From Phoronis australis (Eukaryota > Animalia > Phoronida), in the NCBI GenBank assembly GCA_002633005.1, contig NMRA01000393.1:234034-298033 (forward strand): DNA of 64,000 nt. The letters are read 5' to 3'. Numbering within the stretch: position 1 is the stretch's first letter; every line of letters begins with the position of its first letter. The notes under the pieces are model-generated. The model worked only from the letters and a program-made list of their open reading frames with translations. It was not told the origin of the DNA and did not search any database. Made by a program: the position numbers and the translations under genes. Below, piece by piece: positions 13,520-26,239 of the stretch.

Positions 13520-14803
13520 ATTAGACCTTCTCCTGTAAGTTAAAGTTGTCATCGTCAACCATCCTCTTCGCACTGAGAATATACACGCCAATTTTCAAAA
13601 CCATACTTAGAATAATTTGGTTGATAGAGGAGTAGACACCAAAAAACAAGACTCGAAAACAGCAAAAATGGCCACTAGGTGGTGCAAAATACCTTGATTC
13701 CATCCGAAAACAGGAGGATAGCATCACGTCACCAATAGAAGCCCGTATTCAAAATCTTATGAATATCTGTTGTCAACATCAAAAAACACTTGACAAAGAT
13801 CCTGCAAATGGTTTAGTAGATACAGCAATAGGCGAAAAAATGAAACTGCCACTAGGAGGCGCCACAGTAGTCGAAGTCATCAGAAAATCATCACCACCCG
13901 TCCACTTCATAACAAAAACATACATGCCAATTTTCACAATTATTCTGAAAGCGGTTTGGAGGGGTGGACTCCAAAAAACAGACTCAAAAACAGTAAATAT
14001 GGCCTCTAGATGGCGCAAACTAGGTCGAATCCATTTGAAAACACAAAGATAGCGTCACCTCACTAACAGAAGCTTGTACACCAAATTTTATATGTTGACG
14101 ACCTTTGAAGATACAGAGGTAAACATAAAAAAATAAAATTGCCACTAGGTGGCACACCAGTAGTCAGATCTGTCCGAAAGTTGTCGTCGTCCGTTGTCAT
14201 CATCATATTAATTCACTTAGTACTAAATTTAGTAAAGATCCTGCAAATGGTTTAGGAAATATAGCCATAGGCACAAAAAACAAAACTGCCACTAGGAGGC
14301 GCCACAGTACTCGAAGTCCTCAGAAAATCATCGTCAACCGTTGTCTTCAAAGTAAGAACATACATGCCACTTTTCACAACCATGCTTAGAGTGGTTTGGT
14401 TGATAGAGGGTTGGACGTTAAAAACACATTCGAAAAGAGTAAAAATGGCCACTAGGTGATGCAAACTATGTCGAATCCATCAGAAAATGGGGGGATGCCG
14501 TCGTCTCACTAATAGATGCCTATATACCAAATTTTGTGAAAATATGCAGAGGACCTTTGAAGATACAGAAGTAAACGTAAAAAAATAAAATTGCCACTAG
14601 GGGGCACACCGGTAGCCGGATCCGTCCGAAACTTCGCTCATGCCGTCCCATCCATGAAAGAAGCATGTGAGCAAAATTTCATGAACATACGTCAACCAGT
14701 TTTGGAGATAGAGCAACGGACGCCGGACGGACGCCAAACAGACGGACGACGGACGGACAGAGATGACGGCTAATGTGTCCACATATAAATATGTGGGCGC
14801 ATA
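13520..14803 (-). mobile_element. Helentron-like non-autonomous element, same family as 7177-8700, truncated at the stem-loop end
   Basis: Same core subunits (gccactagg..ggc), (GGAC/AGAC)n tract 14717-14760 and terminal hairpin gtccacatataaatatgtgggcgcataa. Confidence 0.8.
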
Positions 14804-14967
14804 ACAGTGAACTGTAAGTTTGTTCCAAGCCTAGCCATCACTCCTCTGTGAGTAGTAAGTAAAGACCTGAATCTTACATTCTACGAAGTGGTCCCAATCA
14901 AAAGGTAGTTACTTGACAGAAGGCAAGGAAAACACCCTGTTACACAATTAATGCAGTTGTACAATCT

Positions 14968-15306
14968 GAGAGTTGCATGGACAGCGGTGCCCTCAAGGCA
15001 CGTTTTTCAATGGCCAAAATTGCTCTTTGTGAGTGAGAGTTGCGTGGACAGTAGCCCCCTCAAGGCATGTTTTTCAATGACGCAAGGTGCTCTTTCTGAG
15101 TGAGAGTTGCCTGGACAGTGGCCACCTCAAGGCATGNCCCGCAAGGCATTCAATGGCCAAAAGTGCTTTTTGTGAGTGAGAGTTGGGTGGACAGTGGCCC
15201 TTTCAAGGCATTCAATGGCCAAAGGTGCTCTTTATGAGTGAGAGTTGCGTAGACAGTGGTGCCCTTGAGGCATTCAATGTCCAAAGGCACTCATTTTGAG
15301 TGAGAT
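14968..15306. repeat. Degenerate ~57-65-bp minisatellite, about 5 copies
   Basis: Unit approximately gagtgagagttgcgtggacagtggcccctcaaggcattcaatggccaaaggtgctcttt; contains a single N at 15137. Confidence 0.85.
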
Positions 15307-17218
15307 TTTAACAACCCATCAAACGTTATGTAACTAAACACCATACGTTAGTATTATAGGTTATTAGGAATTACATCAATGTAAATAAACAGTGCTTAAT
15401 TGTTTTCTGTAATTAACATTTTGAATAAAACTAGTCTCAAAGGAAATGCCTAATTAAGGAAAAATGTCTCAGTTCACAAAATGATGAAAATTCTACCTAC
15501 CGGTCACCATCAAAAGCATCCCCAACCCTGTTGGATGCCCTCATTGGCTCTGCATCAAGTAGCGAAAACTAACACTTTGTGCACTGGAGAATATGTTCAC
15601 ATACGTTCAAATCACTGACAGTTTCACTAATAAATTAAAACGCTATTGAAAAAGCTAGTATGTTTGCCAAACAGACGGTTGTACACAAAATTGATGTCAA
15701 AACTGGCTGCTCTAAATGGATGATGAACAAAACTTCTTACCCCTGCACATGGTGTGTCCTTTGAAGTAACGGTCTGACTACAAAAGTGCCGGTCCCAGCT
15801 GTTTGAGGTAACTAAAGTCTTCGGCATTTAGTAAAAGAACCATTAAAGGTTACACACTGTTCAAATCACTGGTATTATTGCTACTTCATAACAGCAAAAG
15901 CACTTTGCAAAAGGGGTGATGGTTAATAAGAATCTAACAACAATGCAAAAATCCAATAAAAAACAAGCTACACACACATATGTAACAGGAAACACCTGGT
16001 TGTAACCAGTAGCAGAAGGTGTAGTTACAAGGTTGCTAGGAGACCAGAGCCATATTATCAAGGTGCTTATTCAAGTCAAAGAACAGGTGGTTTGTTACCA
16101 TTTGATCTGGGTTCTTCTAATAATCACATGTGATGAAACATGATTGGCTGTCTCTGATAACAACTGACAACTTTGTTGTTCACAGCACTCACTTGACTGA
16201 CAAACTGACTCATGCAGTGATGTGTGCAAAGGATGTGAAAGTTAGCACTCTCCATCATCATTTTTCAGTGTCATTTGGCTGTCTAAACAGAAAACGCTGA
16301 TATAGCCCACAATCTGCCTTCCTTAAACAGCCTCCAACACAGATTACCCCATGCCAAAAGATCTCTTCCTATTAAGATCAATCAATTTCTAGAAGTGCAT
16401 CACCAATCAACAGTGAAGTGATCTTTCTCATTGGCTTCACTACTCAACCAGCCCCCATCAAATTTAAATTGTTTAGTGATAACAGGATCATTGAAGTTAT
16501 CAATAGGAAGTGCAGCGACTACCGAGAGGATAGAAATACTATATGTGAATTTTTTAAATGTTGTTTACGTATTTTAAAAACAACTAAAATGAAATGCTTA
16601 TAGAAGTTGGTTGTTCTTCATTTATTATACACATAAATAATTGCCAAAATTTTCACATTTCAAGGACAGGTTATTTTGTTGTTGGAAACGTTTCCCATGT
16701 AGATTTACACAGTCGGTGAAAACCAAGCTAATATAGACCAACATTATCTCATAATTTTATTGTGAAATTTGACAAACTATTGATGTGCCATTTGTGCTTA
16801 ATTGGTGGACAACAGTTAATATTTTAACCAAATTTCTACACATTTCTGAGACAACACCTGCTGTTCATGATGGCAACATGTGCTGATAACTTCAGTGACA
16901 CCCAGCGGCCCAAGTTAAGTGTTTCCACTAGTCCCACTGCCAAGTAAATCCACATGTTTACTGCAAAGTATTTAGCATTCTCACAGACTAAGTATTCCTC
17001 TAAACACTGAAGTCAGAGTTAACCACAAGTGGTTCCATAGGTTTACTATAAATTGTAAAAAATGTATAAACCATTATTATTCAATATTTTCCATTTACCT
17101 TTTTGATCAAGCATAATTATAATCAGGATGTTTTAGGTATTAGGCCTGATAAGAACAGATATTGATGTTATGACTGAACTGATTAAACTTGAGGTTTAAT
17201 GGCACGCTGTAATAAACA

Positions 17219-17620
17219 TGGTGTTCCTTCGAAGCTGGAATCCCGGTGTAAAACAGATATCCCGGAGTCGAAAACAGACTTCCAAACATTCAAAACAGTT
17301 AACCAGCCCAAAACACAAACCCCAACCTTTAAACAAGAACCCCAGGGATTGGACAGGAAACCTGGACAATTTTTTTAGGTCTCTGGGTTTCCTGTTCAAT
17401 CCCTGGGGTTCCTGCTTTAAAGGTGGGGGTTTGTGTTTTCCGGGCTGGCTAGCTCAGTTTTGAAGGTGCAGGAACCTGTTTTCCACTGTGAGATATCTGT
17501 TTTACACCGTGAGATATCTGTTTTACACCGTGAGATATCTGTTTTACACCGTGAGATATCTGTTTTACACCGTGAGATATCTGTTTTACACCAGGGTTTC
17601 TGTTTCGATGGAACACCCTA
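17219..17620. mobile_element. MITE with ~40-bp TIRs and an amplified 21-bp subterminal repeat (second copy 18790-19588)
   Basis: Left ggtgttccttcgaagctggaatcccggtgtaaaacagatat; right atatctgttttacaccagggtttctgtttcgatggaacaccc. The unit ctgttttacac(c/t)gtgagatat occurs about 6 times here and about 25 times at 19047-19560. Confidence 0.75.
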
Positions 17621-19912
17621 ATAAAGAACCTGCATGGTTTGACAGAAGAAAATCCTTAAAATTGATGACAGCCTGATGGGAACTACAGTTAACATTTCCT
17701 TAAAGGACTGGGTCATTATGCCATCTCATCACATTTCATTTTCTTTATTCAGGACATGCGAGTTTTTTTGTAAACCACTTTCATCATAATTTGAGACATC
17801 TTGCTTGAACCATGACTTCTCAAGTCCATCAAACTTACAGGCATGACCCTGAAAAGAAAGTCGTACAATGCATACCAGTGATTTTGTCCTTGAACAATTT
17901 ACCTTCAATCTCCCTTGAAGCTATCAATCCCATCGACTGCTCATATCAATCTCACCGACTGCTCATCTTTCACTGCCCTGGAAGCAAAAAAGAAATCAAA
18001 ACTTAACAACTGGTCAGCTCTTAAAAGCAAATAACAGCCTGTAGTGAACTCGGAGCTAGGCCATGAGACAACTCTTACGTTAACATTTGGGATTTTGTTA
18101 CCCCAACGCCTAAGCGAGCCCAAGCCAGACGGCGAGCCCAAGCCAGACGNAACTAAAATGAAATGCTTATAGAAGTTGGTTGTTCTTCATTTATTATACA
18201 CATAAATAATTGCCAAAATTTTCACATTTCAAGGACAGGTTATTTTGTTGTTGGAAACGTTTCCCATGTAGATTTACACAGTCGGTGAAAACCAAGCTAA
18301 TATAGACCAACATTATCTCATAATTTTATTGTGAAATTTGACAAACTATTGATGTGCCATTTGTGCTTAATTGGTGGACAACAGTTAATATTTTAACCAA
18401 ATTTCTACACATTTCTAAGACAACACCTGCTGTTAATGACTGCAACATGTGCTGATAACTTCAGTGACACCCAGCCAAAGTTAAGTGTTTCCACTAGTCC
18501 CACTGCCAAGTAAATCCACATGTTTACTGCAAAGTATTTTTAGCATTCTCACAGACTAAGTATTCCTCTAAACACTGAAGCCAGAGTTAACCACAAATGG
18601 TTCCATAGGTTTACTATAAACTGTAAAAAATGTATAAACCATTATTATTATTCAATATTTTTCATTTACCTTTTTGATCAAGCATAATTATTATAATCGG
18701 TATTTTTAGATATTAAGGCCTGATAAGAACAGATATTGTTATGACTGAACTGATTAAACTTGAGGTTTAATGGCACGCTGTAATACACATGGTGTTCCTT
18801 CAAAGCTGGAATCCTGGTGTAAAACAGATATCCCGGAGTTGAAAACAGACTTCCGATCATCCAAAACAGCTAACCAGCCCAAAACACAAACCCCAACCTT
18901 TAAATAGGAACCCCAGGGATTGGACAGTAAACCTGGACAATTGTTTTAGGTCTCTGGGTTTCCTGTTCAACCCCTGGGGTTCCTGCTTTAAAGGTGGGGG
19001 TTTGTGTTGTCCGGGCTGTCTAGCTCAGTTTTGTAGGTGCAGGAATCTGTCTTCCACTGTGAGATATCTGTTTTACAGTGTGAGATATCTGTTTTACAGT
19101 GTGGGATATCTGTTTTACACTGTGAGATATCTGTTTTCCACTGTGAGATATCTGTGTTACACTGTGAGATATCTGTGTTACACTGTGAGATATCTGTTTT
19201 CCACTGTGAGATATCTGTTTTACACTGTGAGATATCTGCTTTAAACTGTGAGCTATCTGCTTTACACTGTGAGATATCTGTTTAACACTGTGAGATAACT
19301 GTTTTCCACTGTGAGATATCTGTGTTACACTGAGAGATATCTGTTTTCCACTGTGAGATATCTGTTTTACACTGTGAGATATCTGCTTTACACTGTGACA
19401 TATTTGCTTTACACTGTGAGATATCTGTTTTACACTGTGAGATATCTGTTTAACACTGTGAGATATCTGTTTAACACTGTGAGATAACTGTTTTACACTG
19501 TGAGATATCTGTTTTACACTGTGAGATATGTTTTACACTGTGAGATATCTGTTTTACACCGGGGTTTCTGTTTCGATGGAACACCCTAATAAAGAACCTG
19601 CACGGTATGACAAAAGAAAACCCTTAACATTGACGACAGCCTGATGGGAACTACAGTTAACATTTCCTTAAAGGAGTGGCTCATTATACCATCTCACCAC
19701 AAAATGTGAACATTTCATTTTATTTATTCAGGACATGTGAGTTTTTTGTAAACCACTTTCATCATAATTTGAGACATCTTGTTTGAACCATGACTTCTCA
19801 AGTCCTTCAAACTTACAGGCATGACCCTGAAAAGAAAGTCGTACATTATTTTTCAAAATTTACATACAAGTGATTTTGTACTTTAACAATTTACCTTCAA
19901 TATCCCTTGAAG

Positions 19913-20047
19913 CTATCAATCCCATCGACTGCTCATATCAATCCCATCGACTGCTCATATCAATCTCACCGACTGCTCATATCAATCTCATCGACTGCTC
20001 ATATCAATCTCATCGACTGCTCATATCAATCTCACCGACTGCTCATC
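19913..20047. repeat. 22-bp minisatellite, about 6 copies
   Basis: Unit atcaatctcatcgactgctcat; only 2 copies in the other unit at 17923-17967. Confidence 0.9.
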
Positions 20048-20194
20048 TTTCACTGCCCCTGGAAGCAAAAAAGAAATCAAAACTTTAACAACTGGTCAGC
20101 TCTTAAAAGCAAATAACAGCCTGCAGTGAACTCGGAGCTAGGCCATGAGACAACTCCTACGTTAACATTTGGGATTTTGTTATCCCAACGCCTA

Positions 20195-20362
20195 AGCGAG
20201 CCCAAGCCAGACTGCGAGCCCATGCCAGACAGCAAGCCCAAGCCAGACAGCGAGCCCATGCCAGACAGCGAGCCCAAGCCAGACAGCGAGCCCAAGCCAG
20301 ACAGCGAGCCCAAGCCAGACAGCGAGCCCAAGCCAGACTACGAGCCTAAGCCAGACTGCGAC
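20195..20362. repeat. 18-bp minisatellite, about 9 copies
   Basis: Unit agcgagcccaagccagac; produces the spurious SEPKPD and GLGSLS ORFs. Confidence 0.9.
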
Positions 20363-20535
20363 TAACCCCTACCCATCCTAACAGATTACCAAATAAATGC
20401 TCGTGGCTTAATAGCGGTGATGGTGAAGAAAACCTATTCAATAATGTCTTTTATAATGCATCAATTTTAAAAATTAATACAAACTACTATTTGCTTTTCA
20501 AGTTTAACAAGAGTCATGTTGGTTGTTTGTCTTAC

Positions 20536-20605
20536 CGTACTTATTGTTGGCTTTTGGATTTAGAAACTGGTACGCTAAACTGGCTTGTTGGTTTATGAAC
20601 TTCAT
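20536..20605 (-). other. Candidate 70-nt spliced exon (5' leader of the TRMT9B-like gene or a lncRNA)
   Basis: Acceptor tttgctcatttttacctag| and donor CG|GTAAGA on the minus strand. No recognisable protein. Confidence 0.4.
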
Positions 20606-21414
20606 CTAGGTAAAAATGAGCAAATTTTTTATTAAACACTAAACAAACATTTGTCTTCACCACACAGATGGTTTCTAACTGCAATAAACAAATTTTACAT
20701 CATGCTTCCCCCCCTCCTCCGAAGTTCAACACAAGCACTTAAGCTCTTCATCAACAGTCCAAGCTGACATTACATGACATGCAGATATCCATTTTATAGT
20801 ATTCACACAAAATGACACACACATCCATCTTCGTTAAATGAGAATCATTTATTTAGTCACTATTGTTTGCTGTCATCAGTGCCAATAAGGCAGTCACCTT
20901 CAATTGAATATCTGCACTAGCAATGCCATGTCTGTCTATGGACAAAAAACTAGCTTCGTAAAATCTGGTATGTCTTGAAATTTAAAAGTAGTTACACAAA
21001 GGCACTGGCTCTGAGATCAGACTGTTCCACTGGCTCTGATATCTGACTTTTCCACTGCAGCCAATGGTGAAATGTCAATTTCATACAAAAATGACTCTTT
21101 TTCATTTTTCAGACAGTCATATTCCTTCAAAACAGTAACTGATGGTACCGTAGTTACAGTATACAACTTCAACATGGAAAAGCATTAATTTAATGCCGCA
21201 ACAAATCTCCCATGAAAAATTAATAAAAACATTTCAATTGCATCCTGAATTGGTGCTTTTACCATGATTATGTTCATTTCTATGTGGAGTACTTAAATAC
21301 CACTTAGTTCAATAATTTCCTCACTCAAATTCTAACAAAAATAACTGCCAAATTTTTCATTTCTCAAAAGTTCATTGCATGCATTGTTAAAAGTTTTCAA
21401 AATTTCATCACATA

Positions 21415-21716
21415 TTTCTTGTTGACATAAAGACGGAGTGAATGGGGAGGGATTGCGTTGCAGTTCGTATCCATAAAATTAGCAATTTCACTCTTGCTGA
21501 CATAAAGACAGGGTGAATGGGGAGGGACTGCGTTGCAGTTCGTATCCATCAAATTAGCAATTTCACTCTTGCTGACATAAAGACAGGGTGAATGGGGAGG
21601 GACTGCGTTGCAGTTCGTATCCATAAAATTAGCAATTTCACTCTTGCTGACATAAAGACTGGGTGAATCGGGAGGGATTGCATTGCGGTTCGTATCCATA
21701 AAATTAGCAATTTCAC
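21415..21716. repeat. 78-bp minisatellite, about 4 copies
   Basis: Unit tcttgctgacataaagacagggtgaatggggagggactgcgttgcagttcgtatccataaaattagcaatttcac. Confidence 0.95.
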
Positions 21717-21781
21717 ATACCATATATTTTCAAGTTTCCCAAATCACGACAGACGTTTATTCTTACCATGCTCCCCACCAG

Positions 21782-21900
21782 TTCTCCACCCCGGGTATTC
21801 CTAATTCTCCACCCCGGGCATTCCTAATTCTCCACCCCGGGTATTCCTAATTCTCCACCCCGGGTATTCCTAATTCTCCACCCCGGGCATTCCTAATTCT
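21782..21900. repeat. 23-bp minisatellite, 5 copies
   Basis: Unit ttctccaccccgggtattcctaa. Confidence 0.95.
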
Positions 21901-22393
21901 TGGGTCCATTGCCATCAAGCAACTCCCTCATTACCTTGATCTCAATTTTTGCTCATGTTGAAGGACTCGGACTAATTTTATGGCTTGCGGCAGCCTAAAC
22001 ATACTGAATCATGTTCACAGAGACCTTCAAATGAAATCACAGCTCACGGGTACAAATGCCATACTCTATTCTCAGAAACTTACACCTAAATTTCTCCCCG
22101 TTCAAAACATGTGCCGTTTAATTTCTAATTCAATTCTGCCTGCCAACGAAGATATAACACGGACCATTGCATACACCGATCTTGCCCGATTTTTTCCGGA
22201 ACAGTGCTGACTTTTGTCTGTTTACTTCCTGTTGTAAATTAAGCGCGTTTGATGTGTGATGTCTGCTGTGATGATTAATGCACTGATTTCATGAAACAAA
22301 TGGAACAATTGTGAACAAATCTAAGAAAACTGTTAGTAATTCAAAGTTTGGATAAATCAACACAAACTTCAAACAAATTTCAGGGGAACTCAC

Positions 22394-22526
22394 TGTCTGA
22401 CTTTGATACTCGCAGTGGCGACTTTGAGACCACCTGTATTTTTGCCAGCTCGCCAGTTCAATCTGAGGTCACATTGGTGACCTGCAGCTCACCAAATTGA
22501 GCATCGACTAATTTGGAGCTTTTGAT
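22394..22526 (-). other. Candidate 133-nt spliced exon with stops in all three frames
   Basis: Very strong acceptor attgatttttttattttcttttag| and donor ACA|GTGAGT on the minus strand. Confidence 0.45.
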
Positions 22527-25051
22527 CTAAAAGAAAATAAAAAAATCAATTTCACAAATTCCAGTATTCCACCATAATGTGTCCCAAATTGCAGACAAAT
22601 GAGGTAACGGCATGTAATATAAACTACGCAAAATAATTCCAAAATGTGAAAAATCCTACATAGATTATTCAAACAATACCTGACGAACTGTCATGAAATT
22701 GTAATTAACAAGTCAAAATTACAAAACACAGGAAGGTAGACTTGTTCAAACAACTGGTGACTAGAAGGAGGTGAATAACTATTCCCATCTGTGCTCTAGT
22801 TAATTGACTTGGTCGTCAGACAGGTAAAGACTGTATTGATCCAACTGCTAGAGTTAGTATGTACCAGAAGCAGGCAGTATTTGAACCAGTATAAATACAA
22901 TGGTAAACAAACAGATCCCTGCGACAGAGCTGCATGCCTAAACCCTCCTGGCATTCTGTCACAGAAACAAACAGATCACTGCGACACAGACACATGATTG
23001 TATAAACCCTCCTCACATTGAGAGAAAAGAGAGGAAATAAATTTATTACAGTGACCATTATGTAAGTTAAACACCAACCCCACTGAACTTATTAGTCACT
23101 TTAAACAAAATACAAGAACAGGAATGCACATACAATTTCATATGAAGCTCAAAACCTATTTCAGAAATTAAGTGAACAGAAAATTTCATCCTCTATTAAA
23201 GAGTTCCCAGCATGCATTTTCTTAGTTTTTGAGGTTTCAATTAGCTAATATGAAATGAATACCATAAAATCGAACTAAATAACCACTTTTTATGCCAAAT
23301 ACTCGCGAATTTTTTAATTTTGAAGAAAAATTAGTTATTTCTAAGTTTCCTGCGAAATGATGCAATGGGTGGAAGACGGTTGGCCACTTGACAACCATCT
23401 GCAATGTCAGAACACAACAAGTTGAAAGACAAGGATGATTTTGAGCGAGAACTGGACAGTTATTAATGCAGACAGAGTGGAGAGTGGAAATGGGCATCAC
23501 TTTCATGGGCTTTAAGGCCATATGAACTCGACCCACATGCACCAGAAATGCTGCAGACACATGTGAGCCACAACTAACTGAACCAAGGGGGTGGTCAATA
23601 TTCACAAAACATGCACTTTATAATCACTGACGAAGGCCACAGTAAGCTTATGTCACTTGTATTCACCATTGCCAATTGAAGACAGAATGAGCACAGTCTA
23701 AAGATGAATAAGCCTATGTGTGTAGTAGCACTAAATGTGGGGTAGATGGCCTGGCATCACTCGCGTGGAAGCAGTTTGTTCATTATTTATAAAATTTGCA
23801 AATGCACTTTCAAGGTGGTGAGTCTTTCATCGTAACGCCGCTTTTTGTGTGTGGTCGAAACACGATTCATTGAAATGTGTGGCTGCGGCCGACTGAATCG
23901 CATTTTCCACACTGAAATTCCCGCGACACTCGTGTCGTTCCCAAACCGATGCAACTTACACTTACTTACAAAATTTGGAACATAGAGGAGGCGTTCTTAG
24001 TCAACTTGTTGTTTCCACAGCCTCCACAAACGCACCTATTCATGTCTGAAAAAAGCCGCTCTCCGCAGACTTTCCCCACAACTCCTCAGTATCGCACTGG
24101 TAAAAACAACAACGGGGGCGACGGTCTTCCACCCATTAAGTGCAAACCCGATAACAGAAAAATATATTTTTTGACTTGCTTCTTGGCAACAGGTGTACTA
24201 AAGGCTATTAAATCTCCCAAGATGATAAATAAAATTTCTTTTGAGGCATAAGGTAATGGTGGGAGTTCTTTAAAAGCACAACTTGCCAGGTGACTACAAA
24301 AATTATTAAATATTTCAAAATTTATTAAATATTTCAAAATTTAACAGAAATCGGGAAGAATTAGTGTGATATTATCAAAAAACAAATTTCTTAAATATTT
24401 GTAAAAATGACAATGGCAAAGAAAATGAATTTCAGCCTCTACAGCGTGCAAATTACAAAGCAAACAATATCTGTTACAGAGGTCAGTGTTAGAAAACCTA
24501 CGAAGAGGGAGAACTCCAAAATGAAACTGCGATAAAAGTGATCTACAAGGAGAGTAGTTTTCATTAAAAAAGTCCTTTTTAAAATGTTCTCAATTTAGGT
24601 GATTAATTAACAGCATTTTCCCGATCATCAACCACAGTTAAGTACATTTCAACGGAAGGTACTCATTTAAGAACCCTTCATAAAAGGGAGACCACCAGTC
24701 AATCATGTGATGAAATGTAGAATCAAATATACCAGTACAAGATTCAGAGAACTATGGATGGAAGAAAGACGTCATCGACAGCGCTAGTGAGACAAGTCAA
24801 GTGACGTCTCACTACACTGAACTACAATTCCGAACTAAAATTCAGAGTGATGTCCAACTCAAACCCCACCCAAACCACCCGACTGCATATTCAATACGAT
24901 GATTAGATGTAGCTGCAAAAGGTCAGATTCCATGTAATTCAAGTAGATGCAGTTGTAATGTCAATTGTCTACGCTTCACAGTGTTTTGTGTGAAAATCAC
25001 ATAGTTACCAGTGTGCTCACATTCTGAATTGCTATTTGAAACACTTTGTAA

Positions 25052-25265
25052 TTATGCACCATACAATTAGGCTCTTGTCCTGAGTTTATGCACCATTCAA
25101 TTAATAGGCTCTTGTCCTGAGTTTATGCACCATTCAATTAGGCTCTTGTCCTGAGTTTATGCACCATTCAATTAGGCTCTTGTCCTGAGTTTATGCACCA
25201 TTCAATTAGGCTCTTGTCCTGAGTTTATGCACCATTCAATTAGGCTCTTGTTCTCAGTTTATGCA
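25052..25265. repeat. 34-bp minisatellite, about 6 copies
   Basis: Unit ttatgcaccattcaattaggctcttgtcctgagt. Confidence 0.95.
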
Positions 25266-26239
25266 ATTAAACAATTAGATCATCTGCTACATCTACCGTG
25301 GGTATCGGAGAAAACTGAAATTTGAAATGCCTGCAATAAATTACAAATTATATTAATTTACAATATAATTACCTGCAAACAGATTCTATAAAATTCATTG
25401 ACCACGAAAGCATCAGGATACCAATACCAAAATAATCTAGTTGCATATGGTGTCCCATAAGAAAGTTATGAGCTGCGAGAAACAGAATTTTTAAAACCGA
25501 CACCTCTGTTTGTATAAATTATATTAATTTATCATGCAGTAACATGCAAACCAGTTTCATCTAATTGACCACGATACTTCACCTGTGGTGCCTTAAGTAC
25601 CGTAACAATAGGCATCAATAGAATTTTGAATAATGGCGACCTTAGTTTGTATATTTATATAACGCTCAATTATTGGGAACAGTCAGCACTCTGAATTACC
25701 TAAGGCTACATGAAACAGCAAAGAAAAAACTTTATCCGATAAATCCCAATTCAGCCACTTCAGGCTCCCTGACCAATCAGTTTCAAATAGCGCTGTTGTC
25801 TAAAAGGCTCTTAGGAGTTGTTTTTGAAATGATCAACTTTTGCTAGAGAGGACACCAAATATAAAATTTTAATCACTTTTATGAAAAACTCAAACACTGC
25901 AAAAACAGAGATAAAAAAACAATTTTGAAAAATGTAAAAACGTTTAGATTTTACCTTGAACATTAATATCAACTGCAATATAGTCATCAGTTATTGATGC
26001 CATTATATTGTTAGCAATGTACCTAATCTTTTTGCTTAAACATGATCACATGATCCAATCTATGACAGTTTAACTGGTGTAACTCCAACATTAAATTGTA
26101 CAGGCTTTTTGCTTTCAGATAATAAATGCTCTTGTCGAGTTAAACGTTATAGTTTCATTGATTAAGGCTGTCCATAAGATCCTACACACCCTTAAGCAAG
26201 CTAAAAGCCAGAAAATTGTACCATTAAACAAAAACATAA

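Larger units (their letters stand above)
16582..20362. repeat. Apparent tandem duplication (16582-18149 and 18151-20362) joined at a single N; probably two haplotypes
   Basis: Both units begin aactaaaatgaaatgcttatagaagttgg and are colinear with SNPs, small indels and different VNTR copy numbers. The junction is the N at 18150. Confidence 0.85.

Noticed and set aside
17433-20365. Repetitive ORFs (EISVLHR/C, RYLFYTV, SEPKPD, GLGSLS)
   Set aside because: These are translations of 21- and 18-bp minisatellites open in several frames and on both strands, with no domain or splice support.
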